Positions 17,800 through 26,670 are shown, counted from the stretch's first letter. The stretch: DNA of 64,000 nt from an uncultured Arsenicibacter sp. (GCA_945952095.1 CAMFHL010000004.1:12769-76768), one strand, 5' to 3'. Notes: generated by a model from the letters alone, not told the origin. Translations and numbers: made by a program.

Positions 17800-19146
17800 C
17801 TAACCCACTAACCGGCTCAGCCAGCTTCGTTTGGTTTTGGGTACCGGTACGGCCAGTTCCGGAAACATCCCGTTGAAGTGACGGACAATCGCCGGTTCGT
17901 GGCGTTGTGTGAATTCAGGATCAAAGTTAGCTCCGGAAAGGTGCGCTATCGCGTGCTGAACCGGGGTGCCGGTCTCGATCCAGCCTTCCCAAACGCCCTG
18001 CCGCTGCCGGATGCCGAAGGTGTGTATACCGGTTACCGCCCGCCGTTCGTCGCCGGTAAATACGATGCGGAGGGCTTTGTTCTGGTCCGGATGTTGCCAG
18101 TAAAAACTTTGCAGGCTGCCGTCGTCGGGTAGTTGGGCCGGGACGATGCCGTAGGTCTGGTACTCAATATCGAAGAATTTGGCCGAGTTGAAAAATACGC
18201 CGGGTCGGTAAGCCGTTCGCTGGCCCAGAATGGTTTTAGCAACGGTTTCGCCCATGATGCGACCGGTATACCAGATCTGTTCGACCGCTTTCCGGCCTCC
18301 GGGCGGGTTCCGGTGCTGCACACAGTCGCCGATGGCGTAAACACCCGGTACGTTGGTTTCCAGAAACTCATTCACCAGAATGCCCCTGTCTGTTTCAATG
18401 GCCGTATGCGCTGCCAGGCCGAGCTGCGGCCGTACGCCGATGGTAATGCCCGCAAACTGAGCCGGAATCTCATCGCCCTGCGTTGTCCGGACGGCCGATA
18501 CCCGCCCTGTTCCGTCGTCAACCAGTCCGGCTAGTTCGGTCGAAAGGCGCAGGTCTACGTTGTGTTCACGGATATGGCGGGTAATCATGGCCGATTCGGC
18601 TTCGGGGAGTGTCTGATTCCAGAAACTGCTTTCCCGCACCAGAAAGGTCACCTGAATACCCCGCGACAGCAGCATCTCCACCATCTCGATCCCGATCAGA
18701 CCGCCTCCTGCCACGACCGCCTGCCGGATGCCTTTCGTATCGGCTTCCATGCGCTCCAGATCCTGAAAACTGTAAAGCCCCTGCACGCCCCTGAGCGGTT
18801 GCTCCGGATTGCCAATGGCATTTGACGTTGAACCCAGTGCCAGAAAAAGTACATCATACGATACGGCCTGACCAGTTGACAGGGTTAGCTGCCGGGTGTC
18901 CGTATCGAGGTGGCTGACATGGGCATGCACCAGGTCTATCCGGTTTTTGGCCCAGAACCAGTCTTCATAGGGCTTGGTGTGCTGGTACTGCATGTGGCCC
19001 ATGTAGATGTACATGAGGGCCGTGCGGGAGAAGAAGTGCTCCGTTTCTGACGAAATAACCGTGATGGAGTCAGCACTGTGTTTGCGGATTTCGCGGGCGG
19101 CGGTAATGCCCGAAATACCGTTGCCAATAATGACGATTGAGCGCAT
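17800..19146 (-). CDS. NAD(P)/FAD-dependent pyridine-nucleotide-disulfide-type oxidoreductase
   Basis: ORF trimmed to ATG 19146 (MRSIVIIGNGISGITAA = GxGxxG). Second dinucleotide fold VVAGGGLIGIEM. The 17 upstream codons run into the terminator palindrome. Confidence 0.85.
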   Translation of the reverse strand: MRSIVIIGNGISGITAAREIRKHSADSITVISSETEHFFSRTALMYIYMGHMQYQHTKPYEDWFWAKNRIDLVHAHVSHLDTDTRQLTLSTGQAVSYDVLFLALGSTSNAIGNPEQPLRGVQGLYSFQDLERMEADTKGIRQAVVAGGGLIGIEMVEMLLSRGIQVTFLVRESSFWNQTLPEAESAMITRHIREHNVDLRLSTELAGLVDDGTGRVSAVRTTQGDEIPAQFAGITIGVRPQLGLAAHTAIETDRGILVNEFLETNVPGVYAIGDCVQHRNPPGGRKAVEQIWYTGRIMGETVAKTILGQRTAYRPGVFFNSAKFFDIEYQTYGIVPAQLPDDGSLQSFYWQHPDQNKALRIVFTGDERRAVTGIHTFGIRQRQGVWEGWIETGTPVQHAIAHLSGANFDPEFTQRHEPAIVRHFNGMFPELAVPVPKTKRSWLSRLVG

Positions 19147-19173
19147 AGCAAAGCCGGATAGGATGTAAATATA

Positions 19174-19217
19174 GACGAAAAGCGCCGTCCGGATCAATCC
19201 GGACGGCGCTTTTCGTC
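19174..19217 (-). terminator. 44-bp perfect palindrome terminator after the DUF1501 gene
   Basis: GACGAAAAGCGCCGTCCGGA-tcaa-TCCGGACGGCGCTTTTCGTC: GC-rich stem with flanking A/T runs, 15 nt downstream of the stop at 19232. Confidence 0.75.
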
Positions 19218-19231
19218 TCAGTGGTCTGTCG

Positions 19232-20794
19232 TTAGCGCGTTACCAGCAGGCGTTTGCTGATCCGCTGCTGATCCGTTTCAACCTGGATGATATAGGTCCC
19301 CATCGGCAGGTCGCGGACGGTCAGCTGAAACTGATCGGCAGCCAGGCGGCGGGTCGGTACGCGCTGCCATTGCCCGGCCGAGTTCAGGACATCGACGGTA
19401 TGGACATTGCCGCGTAACACGTCGGATTGCAGGAACACCTCGCTCGAGGCCGGATTCGGATAGAGCCGGAACTCCGCGACGGGGTCTTCGGTGCCGAGGT
19501 AAAGCTGCTGGAAAATCGGCAGCAGCTGAAAGCTTTGTTGCAACACACTCGTCACCGTTGAGGTCGTTTCACCCAGCCAGTCGGTCAGCAGCGTGGCGTA
19601 AATCTGCCGGAAGTCATACTGCATTTTCAGGTTGCCGTTATCGAGGTCAGACAGGTTCGGGGTTTTGCCGATAAACTGTGTTTTAACGCCTTTGCCGAAG
19701 ACAAACACCGGTGCAGCCGTACCGTGGTCGGTACCGACACTACCGTTCGACGCCACCCGCCGGCCAAATTCCGAGAACGTCATACCGGCAACGCGGTCTT
19801 CGGTGCCCTGTGCTTTCAGGTCGTCCATGAAAGCTTTGATCCCGTCAGAAACCTGTTTGAGCAGGTTGGCGTGAGTGCCGGTAGTGGTATCGGTGGCCGT
19901 TGTCTGGCTGGCATGGGTATCAAACCCGCCCAGAGAGACATAATAGACTTTGGTACGTGAACCGCCGTGAATGAGGCGGGCCACAATTTTCAGCTGGTCG
20001 GCCAGGCTGTTGCTGGTCGGGTAAGTGACGAGGTTCTTGCCTTTTGTGGCAGCGGTTTTCAGCTGGGCGGCGTACTGAACCGACGATACCTGCTGTTGGC
20101 GGATAAACGTCAGGTTCCGGCCGGCGGGGGTATTGGTGCTTGTGCCCGGATCCTGCACCGCTTTGTCTCCGACCAGTGTGGCGAATGTGTCAGGGTTCTG
20201 AATCGCAATGGCCATCGACTGAGCAGGGCCCAGCAAGGCTGTCGACGCAATGGCGCTGATCTGCACCGCCAGCGGGTCGGGCATTGTGGTGTTCGGGTAT
20301 TTATCGGGGTAACCCGGATATTCGGTATTCAGGTAGCGGCCCAGCCAGCCGGTTGTCAGCGTCTGGCTGGCGTTGGCACCGGTAAACCAGATATCACTTG
20401 CCCGGAAATGCGAAAAGTTCGGAGACGGGTAGGACACCCCCTGTACAATTGCCAGTTTACCGTCGTTGGCCAGTGTCTGGAGGCCGGTCATAGCCGGATG
20501 CAGGCCTGTGGTGAGCGTATTGTACAGCTTCAGGGCTTTGGCTTCCGGAATGGCAATGTTCGACCGGAGCGAGGTATACTTACTCATCTGATCGAGTGGC
20601 AGTACCATGTTGATACCGTCGTTGCCGCCATTGAGCTGGATCATCACCAGTACCCGGTCGTTTACGTCGGCCAGTTTGGCCAGCGCCTGTACAAAGGCCG
20701 ATTCCTGCCCGAAAGCGCGTGCGCCGTAGCCATCAAAAAACACCGGAAGCATCATCCCGGCAGCTGCCTGTTTGAGAAAATGACGACGTTTCAT
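19232..20794 (-). CDS. DUF1501 (sulfatase-like) protein with Tat signal and T9SS C-terminal sorting domain
   Basis: KRRHFLKQAAAG twin-arginine signal. DUF1501 core (GGFDTH, GTDHG). Last ~80 aa (LYPNPASSEVFL...GTYIIQVETDQQRISKRLLVTR) match the T9SS type-A CTD. Confidence 0.85.
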   Translation of the reverse strand: MKRRHFLKQAAAGMMLPVFFDGYGARAFGQESAFVQALAKLADVNDRVLVMIQLNGGNDGINMVLPLDQMSKYTSLRSNIAIPEAKALKLYNTLTTGLHPAMTGLQTLANDGKLAIVQGVSYPSPNFSHFRASDIWFTGANASQTLTTGWLGRYLNTEYPGYPDKYPNTTMPDPLAVQISAIASTALLGPAQSMAIAIQNPDTFATLVGDKAVQDPGTSTNTPAGRNLTFIRQQQVSSVQYAAQLKTAATKGKNLVTYPTSNSLADQLKIVARLIHGGSRTKVYYVSLGGFDTHASQTTATDTTTGTHANLLKQVSDGIKAFMDDLKAQGTEDRVAGMTFSEFGRRVASNGSVGTDHGTAAPVFVFGKGVKTQFIGKTPNLSDLDNGNLKMQYDFRQIYATLLTDWLGETTSTVTSVLQQSFQLLPIFQQLYLGTEDPVAEFRLYPNPASSEVFLQSDVLRGNVHTVDVLNSAGQWQRVPTRRLAADQFQLTVRDLPMGTYIIQVETDQQRISKRLLVTR

Positions 20795-22344
20795 AGGAGT
20801 TGGAATTCGGCCATGCGGAGTAAGTACAGGAATAAATTGGTAAGCTTCATTTTCACGACCGTGCGTTTCGCCGCGATGTTATTCTGCGCCGCATCGATCC
20901 AGTCGGCCGGCCATTCGTAGCGTGGCAGTCCCGCCAGCAGTACCGTATCCACCAGAAAATCCTTCTGGGCATTGGTCAGCGTAGTGGCAAAAAGCTGCCC
21001 CGTCAGGTCGTCAACCAGTTTAAAGGCATCCGACGGGTCGGGCAGAGTTTTCGCTACCTCGACCGGATCAAACGTATAGGCCTTGCCGTTTACTTTGAAC
21101 AGGCCGTTTACCAGCTGATCGGTAAAGTACCCGCGCAGAGCCAGGGTATTGGCCGTAATCCAGATCTGATACAGACCGGTATCGTAGTAGGCTCGCCAGC
21201 CAAATACCGTCGGCTGATCCATGAGATCCTGCTGTTGTTCGCGGGCGCGGCTGAGCAGGTAATTGGTATAGGTGTAAAAGTTAGTCGTGTCCTTTACCGG
21301 ATCGGGCGCCGGTACACCGAACCAGCGCAGGCAGCCCACAATCAGCTCAACCGGGGATTTGATCATAGCCCCCCGCACTGCGTCGTCATAAAAATGACTG
21401 CTGGTAAACAGGGCCGTCAGCACGGGTTTGATCTGATAGTTATTGTCGCGGAAAATTTTGGCCAGGGGCTCTATAAAATTCGTTTCGACATCGGCCGTGA
21501 TCTCTGCACCAACAAACCAGATATACAGCTTCCGGACGATAAAGCGTGCTGTTTCCGGCTGGGCCAGAATCATTTTGATGAGATCGGCAATCTCGTCATC
21601 TCCGGCAGTAGCCGTTGTCCGGCCTTTGATCAGCACCGAGCCATAGAGTTCCGAAAACGCTTTGTCGAGCGTATCGTGCTGGGCAATCCGGAAGGTTGAG
21701 CTGATGGTGGGGATGGTTGTGTTGCGGTAGCCGGTATCGGTCCAGCCCGTCAGGACGCGGGCGGCGGCTTTTACATCCGCTTCGGTATAGTTTCCTTTAC
21801 CAAGGCCGATCGTAAAGAGCTCCTGCAATTCACGGGCGTAATTTTCGTTGGCTTTTCCCTGGGTGTTCTGGTTGCCGTTCAGGTACCGGAGCATGGCCGG
21901 GTCTTTAGTCACCGCAATCACGAAATCGGAGAAATTGCCGAGGGCATGCTGCCGCAGCAGGGCGTTATAACGGTACATAAACCGGCTGTCGTTCACCTCG
22001 GCGAAGGTTGTCACGAAGTGATTCTGCCAGAAAAGCACCATTTTTTCCCGTACCGACGTACCCTCGCTGATCATCAGGTTCAGCCACCAGCCCTTAAGCC
22101 AGTTCTGGTGATTTCCCTGAGATGCTTCCACGAAAGGTTTGTCGGTGTAGGTCTCCCCCGTTGTTGCGTCGAGGGGCAGGGCTGGGACCGGCTGGTCGGC
22201 CAGCAACCGCGTAACAGCGGCTGCCGGCGAAAGGCCCGTAAATGACTTGACCTGTCCGGGGGTCGACCCGGACGTGGCCCGTCTGAGCAGGTGTGCCGCC
22301 TGCGCAGCGGTCAGTGGCTGGTTAATCGGAGTTAGCCAGGGCAT
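20791..22344 (-). CDS. DUF1800 domain protein
   Basis: AAHLLRRATSG and NENYARELQELFTIG patterns. 4-nt overlap with the DUF1501 gene, the canonical DUF1800/DUF1501 pair. Confidence 0.85.
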   Translation of the reverse strand: MPWLTPINQPLTAAQAAHLLRRATSGSTPGQVKSFTGLSPAAAVTRLLADQPVPALPLDATTGETYTDKPFVEASQGNHQNWLKGWWLNLMISEGTSVREKMVLFWQNHFVTTFAEVNDSRFMYRYNALLRQHALGNFSDFVIAVTKDPAMLRYLNGNQNTQGKANENYARELQELFTIGLGKGNYTEADVKAAARVLTGWTDTGYRNTTIPTISSTFRIAQHDTLDKAFSELYGSVLIKGRTTATAGDDEIADLIKMILAQPETARFIVRKLYIWFVGAEITADVETNFIEPLAKIFRDNNYQIKPVLTALFTSSHFYDDAVRGAMIKSPVELIVGCLRWFGVPAPDPVKDTTNFYTYTNYLLSRAREQQQDLMDQPTVFGWRAYYDTGLYQIWITANTLALRGYFTDQLVNGLFKVNGKAYTFDPVEVAKTLPDPSDAFKLVDDLTGQLFATTLTNAQKDFLVDTVLLAGLPRYEWPADWIDAAQNNIAAKRTVVKMKLTNLFLYLLRMAEFQLL

Positions 22345-22574
22345 ATGTTTCTTTAGCTGTCGGATCGAAAACCTTCTTTCCGGTTTGTATGGCCGGACAG
22401 GAATTGGTTTCGAACCGTTGCATGCTGGTTGATAAGATTTGAAAATTTATAGACGGTTACGTGATTAACTAAAACCTGTGTATAGTGTAAACTACTCATT
22501 AACAGGAAATAAAAAGTTTCTTTTTGTTTGTTAAATTAACAAAACTAATGATGTACGGGCTATTAAATTGTGCT

Positions 22575-22610
22575 TAAAACAAAAATGTCCGGCCAGTATG
22601 GCCGGACATT
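22575..22610 (-). terminator. Rho-independent terminator of the 11-mer-repeat protein gene
   Basis: On the minus strand: AATGTCCGGCC-atact-GGCCGGACATT followed by TTTTGTTTT, 27 nt after the stop. Confidence 0.8.
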
Positions 22611-22636
22611 ACAGACGCTTTTTCGGGAATTACGCA

Positions 22637-23089
22637 TTAAAACAATTTGTTCCAGGCATCTTTGGCTTTTTCTTTCAGTTCGTCAAACTGCTCCGAGGCT
22701 TCGGCCTTTAGTTCATCGAATTTTTTTTCGGCTGCCTCCAGCGTTTCGGCTGCTTCGGCTTTCAGTTCAGTAAGCTTTTCGGCGGCACCTTCCTTAAACT
22801 CCGACAACTCCTCGCCGGCTTCGGCTTTCAGGCTGTCGAATTTGGCAGAGGCGGTGGCGGCCACTTCGCCGGCTTCCGCTTTCAGTTCGGCCAGTTTAGC
22901 CGAGGCCTGCGTTTTCAGCCCGTCAACGTCGACCTCAGCCGCCATTTCATTTACCTTGTTAACAACCTGATCCTTCAGTTCACCCAGCTTTTCCGAAGCG
23001 GCGTTAAGTTGCTCGCCGGCCTCAGTCTTCAGGGTATCAAATTTATCGGAAACGGTCTCTTTGGCTTCGTTTTTTGTGCTCTCGTTCAT
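22637..23089 (-). CDS. Acidic 11-mer amphipathic-repeat protein (LEA-3/apolipoprotein-like)
   Basis: 150 aa with no signal peptide. Consecutive 11-residue repeats: KFDSLKAEAGE / ELSEFKEGAAE / KLTELKAEAAE / TLEAAEKKFDE / LKAEASEQFDE. Confidence 0.7.
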   Translation of the reverse strand: MNESTKNEAKETVSDKFDTLKTEAGEQLNAASEKLGELKDQVVNKVNEMAAEVDVDGLKTQASAKLAELKAEAGEVAATASAKFDSLKAEAGEELSEFKEGAAEKLTELKAEAAETLEAAEKKFDELKAEASEQFDELKEKAKDAWNKLF

Positions 23090-23172
23090 GTGTCAGAATG
23101 GTTAGTAATAAGTCTGTAAGTTAGAGTCTCTTCCGGACATTTTCAATGACTCCGGGCATACCGTTCAGTAAC

Positions 23173-23739
23173 TTACCCGATCCGGCGCACAATCAGGTTA
23201 TTCACCAGCTCGAAGAGCATTTTGGGCTTCAGCGTCCGCCAGTTACCGACCTGTAGCGTACCCCCGAAATTGATGTAATAATCGAGGTGGTATTTCTTCC
23301 ACTCACGCTCGATAAACTCCGGAACGTTGATGGCCGCAATCCAGCCTTCTTCCACATCGTCGAACCATTCTTCGTAGTAGCTGTCATCGGAGCCGTGGAA
23401 GTTAAGCAGGTTCTCGGTAATGAGCACGTAATGGTTAATACCCTCGTCGTTGAGCAGGTCAACCACCTGCCGTTTCAGGTACATGATGTCGTTATGGAGC
23501 GTATCGTTCCACTCGCCGAACAGTTCGATGATGGCATACCGGCGTTCGTAGTCGGCAAACAAAATCTTGCAATAGAGCGTTTCGGAGCCGATTTCATCCC
23601 AGAGCGGATGAATGTAATACCCGTAGATGGTGTTTTCGTACTGATTCAGGTTGTACTCCCGTCCGTAGAAGGGAGAACGCTCGTCGTCGGCTGAGACGTA
23701 ATATTTTTCCCAGCCGTAGTAGGGTTCGATGTCTTGCAT
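23173..23739 (-). CDS. Hypothetical protein (188 aa, acidic, Tyr/Trp-rich)
   Basis: ORF track only. No family recognised. Confidence 0.55.
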   Translation of the reverse strand: MQDIEPYYGWEKYYVSADDERSPFYGREYNLNQYENTIYGYYIHPLWDEIGSETLYCKILFADYERRYAIIELFGEWNDTLHNDIMYLKRQVVDLLNDEGINHYVLITENLLNFHGSDDSYYEEWFDDVEEGWIAAINVPEFIEREWKKYHLDYYINFGGTLQVGNWRTLKPKMLFELVNNLIVRRIG

Positions 23740-23743
23740 GGAG

Positions 23744-23812
23744 TAAAGAGTGAAAGAGTGGCCGCCTATGCGGCTAAAGAGCGAAAGTGCGAATTGATTC
23801 TTTCGCCTTTCA
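23744..23812 (-). repeat. AAAGAGYG 8-nt-unit repeat element, copy A (with embedded GC hairpin)
   Basis: TAAAGAGTGAAAGAGTG-GCCGCctatGCGGC-TAAAGAGCGAAAGTGCG...CTTTCGCCTTTCAC. On the minus-strand mRNA this reads ...CACUCUUUCACUCUUUACUCC-AUG, immediately upstream of the 23739 start. Confidence 0.8.
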
Positions 23813-23861
23813 CTACTATGCTAACATCAGAAAACCGGATTTGGTTGGCTTCGGGCAGGGC

Positions 23862-24545
23862 TTATGAGGCGTCGGACATGCGGGTGTAAACCTCTTCGAA
23901 ACCGGCGTTCCGCAGGTCTTTATAATGGTCGGCATGATGGATGGCCAACCGGTCGAGCAGGTGCACCAGAACAGCCTTTTCGCCGTCGGTCAGCGTACCA
24001 AACGCAATGTCAGCCACGCGGGTAAGTTCGGGAAAGCACTGCTGTACGATAGCCATGCCCTGCGGTGTAATCCGGAGCCGTTTCGAGCGCCGGTCCGTCT
24101 CGTCCGGAAACTCTTCCATGTACTCCATTTTAATCAGCCGGTTAATGATGTCGATCCCCGACGGAAACTCCGACAGCATCTCATAAATCAGCTCACTTTT
24201 CTTGGGGGTACCCATTTGCAGGAGTGCCATCAGGTAAAGCGGATCGTCAATGCCCTTGAAATTCAGGGGCTGCATGGCTTTTTTGGAATAGATTGTCGCG
24301 TAGCGCGACAGCTTGCCGACCAGGGAGCCCAGCCGCGCATCCATACTCATGGGCACACTTGCCCGCGGTGCCTGATTGCTCAGGCTTTCGGCCCAATGAG
24401 CCGCATCCGTAGTCGGCGCAGCAAAGGCTGAGTGTTCGGTCAGGTAATGCAGGCAAAAATCGGCCAGTCCGGCATTGGGGTGCTGTTCGCTGTACGTAGC
24501 CCACTGGTTCACTAATTCAACTAATTTTTTTTCTCCGCTGTCCAT
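23862..24545 (-). CDS. MarR-like winged-helix transcriptional regulator with N-terminal extension
   Basis: C-terminal half shows the MarR pattern (DETDRRSKRLRITPQGMAIV). The N-terminal ~80 aa are unassigned. Confidence 0.65.
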   Translation of the reverse strand: MDSGEKKLVELVNQWATYSEQHPNAGLADFCLHYLTEHSAFAAPTTDAAHWAESLSNQAPRASVPMSMDARLGSLVGKLSRYATIYSKKAMQPLNFKGIDDPLYLMALLQMGTPKKSELIYEMLSEFPSGIDIINRLIKMEYMEEFPDETDRRSKRLRITPQGMAIVQQCFPELTRVADIAFGTLTDGEKAVLVHLLDRLAIHHADHYKDLRNAGFEEVYTRMSDAS

Positions 24546-24639
24546 TATACTATGATCTCATAGCTTTTGCTATAAATATACGCAAAAGAGGGACAAAAAG
24601 TTTTAGGATGTCTAGTAATATGAAGAGTTTCAGCGAGGG

Positions 24640-24765
24640 CTAATCCTCGACCGGCAGCTGCCGGTTGACCCAATCCACGTATCGCTGGTGTTTGAATGCA
24701 AACCATTGCTGCCGGTAATCACCTGCGTTATCGATCACATCCCTGAACGCCCGGAACTTTTGAAA
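24640..24765 (-). pseudogene. Possible 3' remnant of a truncated gene (41 codons, no start)
   Basis: Hand translation of the minus strand: FQKFRAFRDVIDNAGDYRQQWFAFKHQRYVDWVNRQLPVED*. G+C is host-like. The open frame is cut by TAA TGA exactly where low-G+C DNA begins (about 24766). Confidence 0.25.
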
Positions 24766-24822
24766 TCATTAGAGTATTTATAAGTTCTGGAAATCAGCAT
24801 GTTGTGAGTCATGCCCTGTTGA

Positions 24823-25191
24823 TTAACCATACTTAGGATCGAATGTATTAATTATATTTCGGTAGTATAGATTTTCGTCCTGGTCTATCCATATGATTCC
24901 CCGGTCTTCGTACAAACCTGAATGAATCAATTCATTTATAAGCTCTTCGGTGACATTTCGGTAATCATGAAAGTCCTTCCATGTATAATGAATTCCGAAA
25001 AAGTAAAAGTCGTCTTCGGAGTCGTTAGCAAAAGTGATTTTGTCCCCAATGTTTTTGAGCATATAGTAGCTCAGCAGACTACCAAACACCACGGTACCGG
25101 ACAGCTCGAGGAAACTGCTGCCGGTATCTATCCGGGCGAATGCTATTGTCTCTTTTTTATCCAGATTTACTAATTGATAACTAACGGGCAT
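24823..25191 (-). CDS. Hypothetical protein (122 aa) in low-G+C islet
   Basis: ORF track only. AT-rich codon usage unlike the neighbours. No family recognised. Confidence 0.5.
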   Translation of the reverse strand: MPVSYQLVNLDKKETIAFARIDTGSSFLELSGTVVFGSLLSYYMLKNIGDKITFANDSEDDFYFFGIHYTWKDFHDYRNVTEELINELIHSGLYEDRGIIWIDQDENLYYRNIINTFDPKYG

Positions 25192-25212
25192 AATTCAGGG
25201 AGTATGAATAAG

Positions 25213-25731
25213 CTATTTTTTCGGGCTTGCGGTGTAAATGGCATGTATATGATCCCAATATTTACCGCTGCTTTGTAAATCGATTAACTTTTCTTCAAGA
25301 GCTTCTATCCGGTCAATTAGTTTCAGGCCGAAGAACTCTTCAATATCAGCTTCCGGCAGGTCGTCTGCCATACTAATCCCGGCTTTCAGAGTGTATTTTG
25401 ATTCTGCTAAAGAACGTGCCTTTTTAAACAGTGAAATATAGGTCTTATGGCCTGTTTGTTCAATTGCCGTTTCAAACCTGTCTATCTGGTTTCGGTCGTA
25501 GTTAATAAACACGGTCAGCAATCCATCATTGGCAATAATTGATTCCGTTTCGCTGATTAAATAGATCAGTCTAACTATCTCAGGGAGGTCATGAATGATC
25601 TGTTCTTCATGATCGGGGAACCTAATGAGTAATTGGTTAACACCGGCCCCTATTGCTTCAGGCAAATCAGGAAAAGGGACGTCCTCAAAGTTCAGGAATT
25701 GTAATGCTTGTTGATAGGGATGTTCTTTCAT
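25213..25731 (-). CDS. Hypothetical protein (172 aa), DUF4375/DMP19-like (tentative; immunity-protein-like)
   Basis: ORF track. The segment IANDGLLTVFINYDRNQIDRFETAIEQTGHKTYISLFKKA resembles the NGG..F.N ... iGa ... kA core of DUF4375, from memory only. Lies in the low-G+C islet. Confidence 0.45.
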   Translation of the reverse strand: MKEHPYQQALQFLNFEDVPFPDLPEAIGAGVNQLLIRFPDHEEQIIHDLPEIVRLIYLISETESIIANDGLLTVFINYDRNQIDRFETAIEQTGHKTYISLFKKARSLAESKYTLKAGISMADDLPEADIEEFFGLKLIDRIEALEEKLIDLQSSGKYWDHIHAIYTASPKK

Positions 25732-25933
25732 GTTGTGAATAGTGTTGGCCTACAATGCTTTAACGTGTAAGAGGAGTGCCTAACTCTGGTCAACCTCTAT
25801 GCTTGTAATTATAGATATACTCATTGATTTATCCAATCGTACTTGCTGGTCTTCTACGGCAAAAAAATCTTCCTTCCCTACTTACTTTTCAAAACCTTTT
25901 AGTCAAGCTACGGTTTCATAGTAAAAATAATCA

Positions 25934-25945
25934 ATAGACGTCTAT
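25934..25945. promoter_or_regulatory. 12-bp perfect palindrome ATAGACGTCTAT just upstream of the ABC exporter operon
   Basis: Ends 5 nt before ATG 25951. Candidate operator; no cognate regulator identified. Confidence 0.25.
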
Positions 25946-25950
25946 AAGCT

Positions 25951-26634
25951 ATGATTGCAGAGCTTAAGTCTGTAGGAAAAGAATACAAAACGGGGGATCA
26001 GACCATTGTGGCGCTGCAACCGACGTCGCTTACGCTCAATGAAGGCGAATTGCTGCTGATTATCGGGCCATCGGGGTCCGGTAAGACTACGTTGTTGTCG
26101 CTGCTTGGCTGTGTTATTTATCCGAGTTACGGCGACTTATGGGTCGACGGAAAGCACGTGAACAAACTGAATGCCGCAGAACTGGCGCGGCTCCGGCTGA
26201 ACACCATCGGCTTTGTGTTTCAGAACTTTAACCTGCTGGCCCCGCTGACAGCGGAAGAAAACGTGATGATGCCGCTGCAGTTGCAGGGCGTCAGCACCCG
26301 CGAAGCCCGGGACCGCACCGAGCAGGCCCTGGCCATTGTGGGCATGACCGACCGCCGCAAAAACCTCCCTAAAGCGCTTTCGGGCGGGCAGCAGCAACGC
26401 ATTGCCGTCGCCCGTGCGCTGGTGACCAACCCCAAACTCGTCCTGTGTGACGAACCCACGGCCTCGCTCGACAAAAACTCCATGGGCGTGGTCATGAACG
26501 AACTCCGGCAACTCGCCGATCAGGGCAAATCGGTAGCGGTTGTCACCCACGACCCGCGCCTGAAAAGCTATGCCCACCGCATTGTGGAGGTCGAAAACGG
26601 GGAGGTGACCGAAGTGAGCGGATTTGATGCCTAA
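25951..26634 (+). CDS. ABC transporter ATP-binding protein (MacB/DevA/LolD type)
   Basis: Walker A GPSGSGKTT, signature LSGGQQQR, Walker B LVLCDEPT. Confidence 0.95.
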   Translation: MIAELKSVGKEYKTGDQTIVALQPTSLTLNEGELLLIIGPSGSGKTTLLSLLGCVIYPSYGDLWVDGKHVNKLNAAELARLRLNTIGFVFQNFNLLAPLTAEENVMMPLQLQGVSTREARDRTEQALAIVGMTDRRKNLPKALSGGQQQRIAVARALVTNPKLVLCDEPTASLDKNSMGVVMNELRQLADQGKSVAVVTHDPRLKSYAHRIVEVENGEVTEVSGFDA

Positions 26635-26670
26635 CCGATTACTAATCAACGCGAAGATCTATACGCTATC

